Source: a virus (taxonomy: Duplodnaviria; Caudoviricetes). From it: DNA of 25,107 bases. The position numbers were made by a program, and so were the translations under genes. How positions within the stretch are numbered: the first letter of the stretch is position 1; each line of letters opens with the position of its first letter. Shown one piece after another: positions 16,089 through 23,802 of this stretch. The DNA lies in IMG/VR virus record IMGVR_UViG_3300004369_000682, positions 1 through 25,107 of that record, one strand, 5' to 3'. The notes under the pieces were generated by a model. The model worked only from the letters and a program-made list of their open reading frames with translations. It searched no databases and was not told the origin of the DNA.

Positions 16089-16982
16089 TCAATAACCAGC
16101 TTCTGATTGTTTGTAAGAAATTCTTACCATTCCAGGATTGCCCTGCTGACCATAGCAGCAACCGCCACCACAAACCCAAGCAGATTGAGCGCCAACACCA
16201 GGAATATAGTTTTTATCAGAGTAACCTCCACCCCAACCAAGTTGAGTCATTCCAAAGTGGAATTGGCAATATCCACAACCAGTATCAGAACATTGTGTTG
16301 CTGGAAGCCATCCGCCTTTACCATTTACTAGACCGCCTGGGTAAGGAAGCATTTGCTTGTTCCAGCAATGGTTACTATGACACCATACAGAACCAGCTCC
16401 AGGGTTTCCATGAAAGCCACCGTCAGCACCATAGTATAGAGCACAAGGACCATTGCAGCAAACACCACAAAGAGTTGCCCAAGTACAGCAGCACATGTTG
16501 CAGCAAGCACAACCAGCATGACCACCATCAGCACAGAAATTGGAAAGATTGAATCCAGTGATAAATGTCTTTCCTCCTGGGTTTCCACAAGAAGAAGTTG
16601 ATCTACTTCCTGGTTGGCCAATTTCAATTGAATATGAACATCCAGGAACAACTTGGGTTCCTGATAGTTTTCTGAATGCATATGCTCCAGAAGAACCAGG
16701 AACGCCACGAGTGCAGCAACAACCAGCGCCACCACCGCCACCAGCACCCCAGATTTCAAAAATGATATCGGTAGTATTGGCGGGAACTTTCCAATCTGGA
16801 TAGTCGTAATATCCATAGTTGGAAGTATATCCATCACACGTAGCACCACATTGTGCAGTGATGTACATTACTTCATATTCCTTTGATGGATATGGTGGCA
16901 ATTTAGTTACAGGATCGGCAGCTGCCAACCCTTGAATTGAGTCAGTTGTTACAATCCCAAGTAGATCTCGTAAATTAGACAT
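16089..16982 (-). CDS. Cys/Gly-rich protein, paralogue 3 (putative fibre-tip/adhesin)
   Basis: 297 aa with 26 Cys by manual count. MSNLRDLL start, WKVP...FEIWGAGGGGGAGCCC, NLSNFC and GGGCCYG...GMVRISY. Confidence 0.75.
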   Translation of the reverse strand: MSNLRDLLGIVTTDSIQGLAAADPVTKLPPYPSKEYEVMYITAQCGATCDGYTSNYGYYDYPDWKVPANTTDIIFEIWGAGGGGGAGCCCTRGVPGSSGAYAFRKLSGTQVVPGCSYSIEIGQPGSRSTSSCGNPGGKTFITGFNLSNFCADGGHAGCACCNMCCCTWATLCGVCCNGPCALYYGADGGFHGNPGAGSVWCHSNHCWNKQMLPYPGGLVNGKGGWLPATQCSDTGCGYCQFHFGMTQLGWGGGYSDKNYIPGVGAQSAWVCGGGCCYGQQGNPGMVRISYKQSEAGY

Positions 16983-17007
16983 TGGTTACTTTCCTTTATA
17001 ATGCTAT

Positions 17008-17931
17008 TTAGTTACAGAAGTGATAAGCACATGCTCTATTTACTCCCAACCAGCAGGAGCAATATGTGATTTTAATGTATCCACCATGTCCTCTATATCC
17101 ATAGCAGCATCCACCACCACAGGAAGTTGCTGATGGTCCACCCACTCCAGGTAATGTGGCGTTACAGTTGGCACTGAAAGCCCAAGGTGTTGTTCCTTGA
17201 CAGAATGTCTGTTGGTTGAGGCAAGCATTACCTCTGACGTTGGACATCAGGTAACCACCTTTCTCGTCAATCAATCTTGGTGGATACTTTAAACCAATCT
17301 TCGCATAGCAGTTATCGGAAGTATTATATATTCTGAAGAATCCAGGTCTTCCAGGAATATTCTCATCTCCACCATATGCACAAGCACAGTCGGTAGAAGG
17401 AGACCAACCTCCACAACCACTAAAATAAATTCTATCTTGGCAACGGAATGTAGTATCCCAGAATGCATAGCAGCAGGTTTTTCCAGGAAGACCGCCTTCT
17501 ACGCAGAAGTTGGATAGATTACATCCACTAATGTAACTCTTACATCCACGGATACCACAGCAACAAGCAGAGCAGCAAGTAGGCTCTGCTACCTTCAGGA
17601 AGTAGCACCATCCACCTTGAATCTGTGGATACTGTAAGGTCTTTCTAGAGTATGCACCAGATCCACCAGGGATTCCTTGCATACAGCAGCAGCCGCCGCC
17701 TCCAGAACCACCGCCACCCCAGATTTCGAAGGTGATGCTGGTAGTTCCGCAAGGAACACACCAGTATTCCATGCAGTAACCGCGATAGCTACTATCGCAA
17801 CTCAAGTTACAGTAAGGAGCAAAATTAAAAACTTTACCGTCTCTTACTTTATCGTAACTACCGAAAGTAGCGGCAGTATCTAATACTGTAGAGTCGAATT
17901 CTCTTCCTAATAAACTTCTTAAATTTGCCAT
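17008..17931 (-). CDS. Cys/Gly-rich protein, paralogue 2 (putative fibre-tip/adhesin)
   Basis: 307 aa with 34 Cys by manual count. MANLRSLL start, WCVP...FEIWGGGGSGGGGCCC, NLSNFC and GGGCCYG...GYIKITY. Confidence 0.75.
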   Translation of the reverse strand: MANLRSLLGREFDSTVLDTAATFGSYDKVRDGKVFNFAPYCNLSCDSSYRGYCMEYWCVPCGTTSITFEIWGGGGSGGGGCCCMQGIPGGSGAYSRKTLQYPQIQGGWCYFLKVAEPTCCSACCCGIRGCKSYISGCNLSNFCVEGGLPGKTCCYAFWDTTFRCQDRIYFSGCGGWSPSTDCACAYGGDENIPGRPGFFRIYNTSDNCYAKIGLKYPPRLIDEKGGYLMSNVRGNACLNQQTFCQGTTPWAFSANCNATLPGVGGPSATSCGGGCCYGYRGHGGYIKITYCSCWLGVNRACAYHFCN

Positions 17932-17935
17932 TTTT

Positions 17936-18865
17936 TTATACCTTACAGAACCAAGTTACCTTAACAAGACCTGCTGATCCATGTGAAGAACAGCAGCAAC
18001 CACCACCAAATGTGGAAGAAGTGAATCCACCTTGTCCAGGAGGTCCATTTCTGAAACAGTCTCCAGATGTACCGCCATTATTTCCTTGAGACCAACCAGT
18101 TTCAGTTTGTCCACAAGTCGCCATGGTATGAATTCTTTGGATATTGAAGGTTCCGAACTTACCGTCTTGGTATGGTGCCATTGGTGTGGAACTCTTCCAC
18201 ATACACCAGTTGCCACATTCTTGGCAATCCATTTGACCGTAGGATCCTACTTGTCCCCAATACTCTCTACCAGCTTCACAGCAGTAATCTCTACACTCTC
18301 TTTCTTCGTAATACTTATCACACTGCCATCTGCAATGTGGAGCACCTGTTTGCCAGTTCATACGGAACTGACAACCAAATCTGGAACTACCGCCACCGAA
18401 GCAGCAAGCATAACCGTGACAACCACCGCAAGCACAGAAGTTGTTTAATCCAGGACCAACAACAAATGATTTACAACCATCAAAACCACCGTTACCAGGA
18501 TGTCTACAAGTAACAGAACCTGCACAGAAGCAATAGCAGCAACCATCCAGATGATTAGCTCCTAAATCTCCAGCACATAAAGTAACTTTGTTGTACTGAC
18601 CAGAATAACCAGTAGTACCATGCATACAGCAGCAGGAACCACCGCCGCCTCCGCCGCCGCCCCAGACTTCGAACTGGACCTTACAAATACAGCAGCATGG
18701 AACACACCAAGCAAACTCTTGCCATGCATAGTTGTGGTTGCTATCATACGTCCAACAGTGACCACCTCTCCACCAGAGTTGGTGAGCGTTTTGTGGTCCG
18801 TAGTATGTGGCTACTGGTAAAGCGTCCGTTGACGCTACATCTAATAGATCTCTTAAACTTGACAT
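17936..18865 (-). CDS. Cys/Gly-rich protein, paralogue 1 (putative fibre-tip/adhesin)
   Basis: 309 aa with 36 Cys by manual count. MSSLRDLL start, WCVP...FEVWGGGGGGGGSCCC, GLNNFC and GGGCCC...GLVKVTW. Confidence 0.75.
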   Translation of the reverse strand: MSSLRDLLDVASTDALPVATYYGPQNAHQLWWRGGHCWTYDSNHNYAWQEFAWCVPCCCICKVQFEVWGGGGGGGGSCCCMHGTTGYSGQYNKVTLCAGDLGANHLDGCCYCFCAGSVTCRHPGNGGFDGCKSFVVGPGLNNFCACGGCHGYACCFGGGSSRFGCQFRMNWQTGAPHCRWQCDKYYEERECRDYCCEAGREYWGQVGSYGQMDCQECGNWCMWKSSTPMAPYQDGKFGTFNIQRIHTMATCGQTETGWSQGNNGGTSGDCFRNGPPGQGGFTSSTFGGGCCCSSHGSAGLVKVTWFCKV

Positions 18866-18888
18866 TAGTCAATACCCCCCTATTTGTA

Positions 18889-19215
18889 TTAGTTAGAAAG
18901 GATCGACCAACCATAAGAAGATCCAGTGTAGATTAATTCAAGTGAAGCATTTTTAATATCAAAATCTAGGTCTTCTGCTAGGTTGGCAATTTTGTTGCCG
19001 TTTCTAGCAATGATTGCCTTGGTTGTACCGCATTGACCAGCGGCGTCAATCAGATTAATTCTATCTCCCTGGCGGGGGTTTGCTGGTAGAGTGAGTGTGA
19101 GTTCTGAACCAGCGGTAGTATCGATCAGAAGAATTTCTCCTGATAAAACACTATGGTTTGCTGTAATAGCCACCGTTGCTCTGGTCTCTGTAACTTCTGA
19201 TAGGTTGCGTCCCAT
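18889..19215 (-). CDS. Small virion/fibre protein (single T4 gp34-repeat-like beta domain)
   Basis: IDTTAG..LTLTLPANPRQGDRINLID...RNGNKI...LELIYTG..YGW pattern. GGAG RBS at 19227-19230. Confidence 0.7.
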   Translation of the reverse strand: MGRNLSEVTETRATVAITANHSVLSGEILLIDTTAGSELTLTLPANPRQGDRINLIDAAGQCGTTKAIIARNGNKIANLAEDLDFDIKNASLELIYTGSSYGWSILSN

Positions 19216-19237
19216 TGTTCTTAAGTCTCCTTTGTAT

Positions 19238-19245
19238 TATTTATC
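19238..19245 (-). promoter_or_regulatory. Variant late promoter GATAAATA
   Basis: An NATAAATA match that overlaps the stop of the 106-aa gene, about 22 nt upstream of the ATG at 19215. Confidence 0.45.
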
Positions 19246-19564
19246 AAGCGTCTTCTTCTACACCGTAAACAGAAATGCTTACGTTTGCAGTGTCTGAAAG
19301 TGCTACAAGAACTTTATTTGATTGAAGAGCAATACCAGTTCTTTCTAGAACACCATATCCAGCAATCTCGGCATTGTATTCAATGTATTCTGCTGCTGTT
19401 GGAGTTCCACTAGCAGCAAGTGCAACACGAACACTAACAGGAGTTGCGTTTGTATTTACAACGTTGAAGTTGAGATAGGAAACCGTGTCAGCGGGAACCT
19501 GATAAATTGTAGTTAGAGTGTTTGCTTGTAGGGAAGCTTGTGTCCCCAGAATTCCAGAAGCCAT
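19244..19564 (-). CDS. Small virion beta-sandwich protein, 106 aa
   Basis: TTIYQVP...NVVN...VRVALA...EYIEYN...LERTGI...SVYG. Homologous to the two repeats of 8045-9205. AAGGAG RBS and a late promoter upstream. Confidence 0.75.
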   Translation of the reverse strand: MASGILGTQASLQANTLTTIYQVPADTVSYLNFNVVNTNATPVSVRVALAASGTPTAAEYIEYNAEIAGYGVLERTGIALQSNKVLVALSDTANVSISVYGVEEDA

Positions 19565-19607
19565 TGTATTCTCCTTAAATTTTTTTGAAAATGCGAGTAT
19601 TTAGTAG

Positions 19608-19615
19608 TATTTATA
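19608..19615 (-). promoter_or_regulatory. T4-type late promoter TATAAATA
   Basis: The plus strand reads tatttata in the intergenic gap. A second variant, CTAAATA, lies at 19598-19604. Confidence 0.78.
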
Positions 19616-19624
19616 AAGAGGGGA

Positions 19625-22600
19625 TCACATTGCTCCCGCCCAGAAAGTAAAGCCTTTCGTCTTCGTTTTGTCGTCAACGTAAGTCTTAACTGCTTTCTGT
19701 GTAGGAACTTTGGCGTTGCTATTAGCGGAAAGTGTAACGTCACTTGAGAATTCATTAATAGATTCACCGATTTGAGCACCGATAGAACCAAGTCTCAAGG
19801 ATGTTAGACCAGATAGGTCGAAGGACGATGCGTTCAGAGTTGTGCTACCAGTTGCCTGGTTAACTCTGAAGTAACGACCAACTGTAAAGTTACCGTCTTG
19901 GTCCGTTGATACGAAGAATACACGACCTGGGAAGTCTTCAGTAACTTCGTTTCCAGGAGCGTTATCTACAAGAGGTAGACCTGGGAAGTTGGTTTGTGTC
20001 TTACTTCCAGTACCAATGTTCAAGAAGTCGTGACCAGTTAGACGAATCTGTGAATACAGATATCTAATCTTGGTGTTTTGACGATCATATGATGGGGTTG
20101 GTTTTGTTTCTGCAAGAACAACAGTGGTTACACCAGTTGTAATTGGATCAGAAGAAACAACCTGCATGAATTCGGAATCAATTCTGATATAATCGGAAGA
20201 TAGTGTACCAGTATTTGATTCTACTAGAATGACTGTCTCTGTAGCATCGAGATCTCTCAAAGTAGTTGTTTCGTTAGGAACTTTAATTTGAAGAGCTCTT
20301 ACAGTAATGCCAGAGTTATGTGGAGCTGCTGTTGTTCCTTCAACTCCTCTAACAACCTCAACTGTTGTTGGTGTTGGGAATGAAACAACTTCCATCATTT
20401 CGTCATCAACAATTACATAACCACCAGTGTTGATGCCAGTAATTGAAGAAACGCTAATCGATGTAGTAACTGCATCTGATACAGGAGCAGTCAACGAAAC
20501 TGCCGTACCAGTTTGATATCTGATAACAGTTCCTAGACCATCATGTGCCACTGGAGTAGATCCAAGAAGTCCTCTAGTTACCGTTAACTCTCCTTCACCT
20601 CTGGAAGGATTATATGAAGAGTTAGCAACTACATAAGTGAATGGATCTGCACCAGCTCCACCAGGACCAGTTACAAATTCGATAGAACCACCAGTTTTTG
20701 GTGCCGAAGTTAAGCCACCAAGAACATATGTAAATCCACTAACACCTTGTTGTGCGTCAGAGTTGTTTACGAGAGTTGCGAAAGCGCCAGAATCTTGACC
20801 AGTAACAACTTCATTCTGGGTAAAGTTTCCTTTTAATGGGCGGAATAGAATTTTATCTGATGATGGTTGGAAGCTAGTAACTTCACCAATTGCACCAGAA
20901 GTGCCGCCAATAATTCTTTCTCCCCCTTCAAAAGAAGCACCAGTTGATAGTGTTACTGGAGAATAGTTGAGTTCTAGACCATCGATAAATCCATCTAGAG
21001 TAGTTTCATCTTGGTTGAATCCAGAGGAAATAATTCCGTAAGTACCCCAAGAAGAGTTACCAGCAAGAGATCTAATATTACCACCACGGGTTGCAACATA
21101 TGATGCAAAAGCATAATAGGTGAAGGAAGAAACAATTTCGGAGTTACCATTGTTTGTAATCCAGAAACCGATACCACCTGTATCGAAGATTTGTGTAAAC
21201 GAGTCAAATAGCATTGACTTGTTAGAAGGTGTGGCAGTTCCTTCCCACTTCTTATGAACGTCACCATCAACAATAGCACCAACACCAGTGTCAGAGAATG
21301 CCGAACACTGCGAAATATATGGAGATTTAGTTGTTGGTGAGTTTGGATTTAGACGGAGGAATACGCCACCAATGGTTGCTGTATTGAGATCTTTTGGATC
21401 ACTATTAGAAGCAACAAATCCATCCATGCCGTCCATTACAAGGTCCTTAAGCATGGACTTGTTGGACATGTAGAACATCGTCGCATTCTGGTTGAGAATT
21501 GGCGATACGGTACTGATAGTGATATCAATATTACCATTTTCAAATAAGTCTGATGTAGTCCAAACACCACCAGTAATAGGAAGGATATCAATTGTTCCTC
21601 CACCATCACGTACATCCATGATGTAAGCGGTCTTCGTACCATCACTAGTTGTGCAAATTTCACCAGCAACTCTGTTAGCTACATCAGGAACTTGGTTTAA
21701 AACCAATCTGATCAATGAACTTGCATTACCAGTGTCTGGCTTGATAACAGATGTTCTCATGTTATCACCAACGATTGATACCGATTCAGGAACAATCATT
21801 GGTAGAGTTTCAAAATATGTACCTGCCTTAACATAAATTGTTGCAGGTCCAGTGATATTGTCTACAGCGTGACGAAGCGAAGCAAATGCTTTACCAATGT
21901 TTTCACCTGTGTTTAGATCGCTGCCATCTGTGGTAACATAGTAAACAGGATCAGTTACATTGTTCTTTTCCCATGCGGGGAACCCGTTTGTATCAACTGT
22001 TAATACCTCGCCAGTTGCACCAATGGGCAAGCGAGAAGCACCAGAGCCAGAAATGTATAGAATGTCGCCATTGTCTGTCAGAACGTTTGACTGTGCTCCT
22101 TGTGCCAAAGAGTTCCAATACGTTCCAGTGGTGTCTAGTTCTGGAGGATTGTTTGTAGATTCGGCAACACAAATATATGAGTTGCTTGCTCTTGTGATCG
22201 CATCACCAGGGAAGTAAGTGTCTGTAGACTGCCAGGTTCCTCTCCAGGTGAAACCACCAACAACAAAGTCCCAATCAGCAGAACCAGAAGCTGGTGTTGA
22301 GTTAGTATTTGTAGTTTTTGCTACATATGAGTTACCACCAAGCAGAACAACGTCGCCTGGCTTATAAGTTTCTGAAGAACTCCAGTTACCAACTACTTTA
22401 AAACCAGTGGTTAGAATTTCCCACGTAACGTCAATACTGGTATTTGGAGCAGTTGCTAGGTTATCTGTAAGTGCTAGATAACTATAACCACCGTACTGAA
22501 CAATATCGCCACGCTGATATTCTGTTCCTACATCCCAGGTGTCTTCAAACTTTAATCCAGAAACATAAGAAATAAAGTTTGGACCAGTGAATGATCCAGA

Positions 22601-22897
22601 AGATGTGTGTGGTACTACTACTCTATATTGATCATTGCCATACTTGACAATATCATTTGTTCTATAGAAAGTAGCGTCCGCCCAGTCTCCTCTAAAATAG
22701 AGACCTTCTGTATGGAGCTGCCATCTGGAACCATCGGATCCATACCATTGCGTTTCATTCGATGCCGACGTGTGGTTTGAAATACAAACATAAGTGTTTG
22801 CACCAAACTTTACGATGTCATCGATGACGTATGCAGTGGCAACCTGCCAATCGCCTCTCCAATTAAACTTGAGTCTGCCTAATCTGAAATCTGCCAT
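19625..22897 (-). CDS. Tail fibre/spike-like virion protein with carbohydrate-binding-like repeats and a beta-helix region, 1090 aa
   Basis: Five N-terminal W-x4-Y-x-x-[GDN]D-x-[VI] repeats (CBM5/12-like), RLPIGATGEVLTV, then a pectin-lyase-like start (YYVTTDGSD...TIYVKAGTYFE.LP..VP..VSIVGD..R). C-terminal GHDFLNIGTG, STDQDGNF and PTQKAVKTYVD. Confidence 0.8.
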   Translation of the reverse strand: MADFRLGRLKFNWRGDWQVATAYVIDDIVKFGANTYVCISNHTSASNETQWYGSDGSRWQLHTEGLYFRGDWADATFYRTNDIVKYGNDQYRVVVPHTSSGSFTGPNFISYVSGLKFEDTWDVGTEYQRGDIVQYGGYSYLALTDNLATAPNTSIDVTWEILTTGFKVVGNWSSSETYKPGDVVLLGGNSYVAKTTNTNSTPASGSADWDFVVGGFTWRGTWQSTDTYFPGDAITRASNSYICVAESTNNPPELDTTGTYWNSLAQGAQSNVLTDNGDILYISGSGASRLPIGATGEVLTVDTNGFPAWEKNNVTDPVYYVTTDGSDLNTGENIGKAFASLRHAVDNITGPATIYVKAGTYFETLPMIVPESVSIVGDNMRTSVIKPDTGNASSLIRLVLNQVPDVANRVAGEICTTSDGTKTAYIMDVRDGGGTIDILPITGGVWTTSDLFENGNIDITISTVSPILNQNATMFYMSNKSMLKDLVMDGMDGFVASNSDPKDLNTATIGGVFLRLNPNSPTTKSPYISQCSAFSDTGVGAIVDGDVHKKWEGTATPSNKSMLFDSFTQIFDTGGIGFWITNNGNSEIVSSFTYYAFASYVATRGGNIRSLAGNSSWGTYGIISSGFNQDETTLDGFIDGLELNYSPVTLSTGASFEGGERIIGGTSGAIGEVTSFQPSSDKILFRPLKGNFTQNEVVTGQDSGAFATLVNNSDAQQGVSGFTYVLGGLTSAPKTGGSIEFVTGPGGAGADPFTYVVANSSYNPSRGEGELTVTRGLLGSTPVAHDGLGTVIRYQTGTAVSLTAPVSDAVTTSISVSSITGINTGGYVIVDDEMMEVVSFPTPTTVEVVRGVEGTTAAPHNSGITVRALQIKVPNETTTLRDLDATETVILVESNTGTLSSDYIRIDSEFMQVVSSDPITTGVTTVVLAETKPTPSYDRQNTKIRYLYSQIRLTGHDFLNIGTGSKTQTNFPGLPLVDNAPGNEVTEDFPGRVFFVSTDQDGNFTVGRYFRVNQATGSTTLNASSFDLSGLTSLRLGSIGAQIGESINEFSSDVTLSANSNAKVPTQKAVKTYVDDKTKTKGFTFWAGAM
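22100..22870 (-). repeat. Five ~48-aa Trp/Tyr-rich protein repeats (CBM5/12-like); coordinates approximate
   Basis: GDWQVATAYVIDDIVKFG, GDWADATFYRTNDIVKYG, DTWDVGTEYQRGDIVQYG, GNWSSSETYKPGDVVLLG and GTWQSTDTYFPGDAITRA. Confidence 0.85.
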
Positions 22898-22912
22898 GTT
22901 TATGTTCCGTAA

Positions 22913-23308
22913 TTACTTGGGTCCCTCGGTGGTATAATCATAGTTTTCGTTGAATCTAGCAACGAAATATCCGTCATCGTCGATAAAATATGAAATCTTA
23001 CGACTGTCAAATCTATACTGTTGGTATTTATCTTGTGGATGATTTGTATATGACTTCTCTTCAGTAGTTTCTTCTACGTAATCATATACAGCAGTAGCGA
23101 TATCGAGATATGGAGTACCATCTAATCTGTAGAAATCTCCAATTTCGTCATCAATACTCCTAATCTTGGTGTAGTTCAACATACCATCATCATCTCTGTA
23201 TAGAGCGTGAATGGTAAAATCACTACCTAGGGTATAACTATTGGAAGAAAAAGAAGCTCCTCCTCCCCCAGATGATGAGTTATAACTATCGCTGATGAAC
23301 ATTGTCAT
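22913..23308 (-). CDS. Hypothetical protein (acidic, Tyr-rich; probably virion-associated)
   Basis: 131-aa ORF coupled by ATGA to the upstream gene. Contains HALYRDDDGMLNYTK and YQQYRFD...YFIDDDGYFVAR. Confidence 0.7.
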   Translation of the reverse strand: MTMFISDSYNSSSGGGGASFSSNSYTLGSDFTIHALYRDDDGMLNYTKIRSIDDEIGDFYRLDGTPYLDIATAVYDYVEETTEEKSYTNHPQDKYQQYRFDSRKISYFIDDDGYFVARFNENYDYTTEGPK

Positions 23309-23766
23309 GATACGATTACCCTCCAGTAAGTGCCGTCCCAGATTAATTGTACTGTCGCTCCTTTCACATCAAATACTAAAGGATCAGAGATAACTCCAAA
23401 CGTATTCTGGAATTGTCTGCCAATCGGATCGATTACCGTAACATTATTTATATCCCATGTAAAATTAATGTCAACAAATTCTATAGTGTCTCCAGGTTTA
23501 GGAACCAACTGATTATTATATAAAGGTAGTGTGAGAGACAGTGGACCAGCAGACGAGTCTACTAGATATCTCAAACTCGTTCCTAATGTAGTGCTTGTAT
23601 TTAAATACTCCCACCTAGCACGAAAAACGTCAAAACCGCCAGTCGTATTTCCGTCATGAATGACGGCCATATTCTTGTCGGTATCAATTGTTAACTCACC
23701 AGCCGCACCTGTGAACAGCGCGTGTTCAGCGGTAGTACCTCTTCTAAACTGTACCTGGGTTGTCAT
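23305..23766 (-). CDS. Virion protein with a major-tropism-determinant N-terminal-like domain and a gp34-repeat-like domain
   Basis: QVQFRRGTTAEH..FTGAAGELTIDTDK...IHDG.T.GG is the Mtd_N/hyaluronidase-N fibre motif. It is followed by VDSSAGPLSLTLP...GDTIEFVD...VQLIWDGTYW. Confidence 0.78.
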   Translation of the reverse strand: MTTQVQFRRGTTAEHALFTGAAGELTIDTDKNMAVIHDGNTTGGFDVFRARWEYLNTSTTLGTSLRYLVDSSAGPLSLTLPLYNNQLVPKPGDTIEFVDINFTWDINNVTVIDPIGRQFQNTFGVISDPLVFDVKGATVQLIWDGTYWRVIVS

Positions 23767-23791
23767 TAAATTTAATTTAGGATACCAATTT

Positions 23792-23799
23792 TATTTATA
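23792..23799 (-). promoter_or_regulatory. T4-type late promoter TATAAATA
   Basis: The plus strand reads tatttata. It is intergenic, about 25 nt upstream of the ATG at 23766. Confidence 0.8.
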
Positions 23800-23802
23800 C
23801 TA

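Noticed and set aside
18638-18663. GC-rich (ccg)n run as a phase-variable microsatellite
   Set aside because: It encodes the glycine tract, whose length (nine residues between W and CCC) is the same in all three paralogues, which indicates a protein constraint.
15959-18936. Several plus-strand and alternative-frame ORFs over the Cys-rich genes (e.g. 15959-16552, 16328-16849, 18032-18448)
   Set aside because: These are shadows of Gly/Cys codon runs, giving poly-Pro/Ala/Thr/Gln translations with no recognisable motifs.
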